This document shows, one piece after another, positions 30,266-32,000 of a DNA stretch of 32,000 bases. The notes under the pieces are model-generated. The model was given only the letters and a program-made list of their open reading frames with translations, ran no database searches and was not told the DNA's origin. Numbering within the stretch: the first letter of the stretch is position 1; each line of letters starts with the position of its first letter. The DNA comes from Methylophaga frappieri (lineage in GTDB: Bacteria; Pseudomonadota; Gammaproteobacteria; Nitrosococcales; Methylophagaceae): NCBI RefSeq assembly GCF_000260965.1, contig NC_017856.1, positions 120,001 through 152,000 of the forward strand, read 5' to 3'. Position numbers and translations under genes: made by a program.

Positions 30266-32000
30266 TCAATCCGCCAAGTATTTACTAACAATTTCGTAGA
30301 CATCTGGAGATAAATCAGATTTATCGGCAATCATTTGCAATGCCGCCTGCATCTGTTTCTGTCGATCCGCGTTATAGCGACGCCATGAATTAAACGCACC
30401 CAGTTGCCGCGCTGCCACCTGCGGATTGAGTTTATCCAAGGCGATAATCTGCTCAGCCAGAAACTGATAACCGCTGCCATCACGAGCATGAAATTGTGAG
30501 GGATTATTCCGGCAGAATTGACCAATCAAAGCACGCACATTATTCGGATTTTTCAGACTAAACGCCGGATGTTGCATCAACGATTTGATATTGGTCAGCG
30601 TGCCTGGCAAAGTCGATAATGCCTGCACCGTCAGCCACTTATCGACCACCTGACGATCGTGCTGCCATTGTTGGTAAAACGATTCCAGTGCTTGTTGTCT
30701 TTGTGGTCCATCGACATCAACGATCAGTCGCAATCCGGCCAGCAAATCCGTCATATTGTTTGCCTGCGCCATCTGTGCCAGACAACGCTCAACCTGCACT
30801 GGTTCAGTTAAGGTCATCAGATAAGACAGGCAGGTATTTTTGAGACTACGCTGTGCTAAATCAGCCGCATTAAATTCGTAGGGTTTTATCTGATGTAATT
30901 GCTGATAGAGGTTTTCAAACCGGATTTTCAGCGTGACGGCCAAGCTCCGCTTCACAAAAGAACGAACAGCATGAATCGCATCAACATCCGCAACCGCCAT
31001 TTGCGCAGCCAGATAATTTTCTGATGGCAGCGTCAACATGCGTGCTGTCAACGCTGGTTCGACCGACGCATTGTCCAAAATAGCGGCTAATTGATCGGTC
31101 AATAATTCCGGCACAACCAACGTGCTACCTGACTGATATTCAGCTATCAAGGCTAACAAGATATTAATGAACAGTGTTTGCCCGGCATCCCAACGATTAA
31201 AACTGTCGCTGTCATTGGCCATCATAAAGGCCAGCTCTGCGTTATCACGCTGTTGGGTAAGTTTAACTGGGGCAGAAAAACCGCGTAAAACTGACAGTTT
31301 TGGTCGTTCAGGCAAGTTGATAAAGGTAAAATTTTGCTGGTTTTCTGTTAGTAAAAGAACACGCGTATCGCCATCTATTGGCTGAGTTTCATCCGTTAAT
31401 TGCAGTGGCAAACTCTGTCCCTGCTCACCAATCAGTCCAACCGCCACCGGAATCAAAAATGGCTGTTTTTCAGGTTGCCCCGGTGTCGCCGGGCAAGATT
31501 GCTGCAGGGTGACAGTTAATGTCTTTTCAGCTTGGTTATAGTTGCATTCCACCGTCAATTCCGGCGTTCCCGCTTGTGTATACCAACGCTGAAACTGTGC
31601 CAAATCAAGATCATTTGCTTCTTCGATCGCGCTGACAAAATCATCTGTGGTGACGGCCTGCCCGTCATGGCGGGCAAAGTACAAATCGGTACCGCGTCGA
31701 AAACCTGCATCGCCAGCCAGTGTTTTCAACATTCTGACCACCTCGGCGCCTTTTTCATAAATGGTCACCGTGTAAAAATTGCTGATTTCCATGTAGCTGT
31801 CAGGACGCACAGGATGCGCCATCGGCCCGGCGTCCTCAGCAAACTGCATCCGCCGCAACATATCAACATCATCAATGCGTTGCACTGCAGCCGAATTCAG
31901 ATCCGCACTGAAAGATTGATCGCGCATCACGGTAAAGCCCTCTTTCAGGCTTAATTGAAACCAGTCACGGCAGGTCACCCGATTGCCTGACCAGTTATGA
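30266..32000 (-). CDS. pepN: Aminopeptidase N, C-terminal two-thirds (runs off the window's right edge)
   Basis: TCRDWFQLSLKEGFTVMRDQSFSADLNS is near-identical to E. coli PepN just after the HEXXH-E region, followed by a long ERAP-like C-terminal domain. The frame stays open to 32000. Confidence 0.95.
   Translation of the reverse strand, partial: HNWSGNRVTCRDWFQLSLKEGFTVMRDQSFSADLNSAAVQRIDDVDMLRRMQFAEDAGPMAHPVRPDSYMEISNFYTVTIYEKGAEVVRMLKTLAGDAGFRRGTDLYFARHDGQAVTTDDFVSAIEEANDLDLAQFQRWYTQAGTPELTVECNYNQAEKTLTVTLQQSCPATPGQPEKQPFLIPVAVGLIGEQGQSLPLQLTDETQPIDGDTRVLLLTENQQNFTFINLPERPKLSVLRGFSAPVKLTQQRDNAELAFMMANDSDSFNRWDAGQTLFINILLALIAEYQSGSTLVVPELLTDQLAAILDNASVEPALTARMLTLPSENYLAAQMAVADVDAIHAVRSFVKRSLAVTLKIRFENLYQQLHQIKPYEFNAADLAQRSLKNTCLSYLMTLTEPVQVERCLAQMAQANNMTDLLAGLRLIVDVDGPQRQQALESFYQQWQHDRQVVDKWLTVQALSTLPGTLTNIKSLMQHPAFSLKNPNNVRALIGQFCRNNPSQFHARDGSGYQFLAEQIIALDKLNPQVAARQLGAFNSWRRYNADRQKQMQAALQMIADKSDLSPDVYEIVSKYLAD

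Overview
Chromosomal, mostly housekeeping window from a Gammaproteobacterium, roughly mid-40s % GC by eye. gyrA-serC-pheA synteny and a ThiO-type thiamine operon are present. No rRNA, tRNA, CRISPR array, transposase or integrase was seen. I call 30 protein genes, 25 on the minus strand, packed very tightly with many start/stop overlaps. In order they are: aceE (5' part), msrQ, msrP, a DoxX-family membrane protein, a 99-aa secreted KCG-repeat peptide, a divergent ECF sigma factor with a small zinc-type anti-sigma, DUF1244, an Opp/Dpp/Yej-type ABC pair (fused double ATPase plus one long permease, no binding protein), ispH, pheA, serC, gyrA, a PqiC-like lipoprotein, apt, thiDE-thiG-thiS-thiO-thiC behind a TPP riboswitch, an Smr protein, an alpha/beta hydrolase, a TerC-family protein, a 7TMR-DISM GGDEF cyclase, purL, an RDD protein, DUF2835, a HIT protein and pepN (3' part). 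The block most worth follow-up is 819-4432. There, a signal-peptide-bearing peptide with six KCG motifs resembles the HvfA/oxazolin class of MNIO-modified copper-binding RiPPs. It heads a tightly coupled operon with DoxX and the periplasmic methionine-sulfoxide reductase MsrPQ. This operon sits divergent from an ECF sigma / soluble zinc-type anti-sigma pair, and no MNIO (DUF692) or DUF2063 maturase gene is in the window. All family assignments come from motif recognition by eye; no database search was run. The supplied ORF track renders TTG/GTG starts as M, so several starts were re-derived from the DNA.
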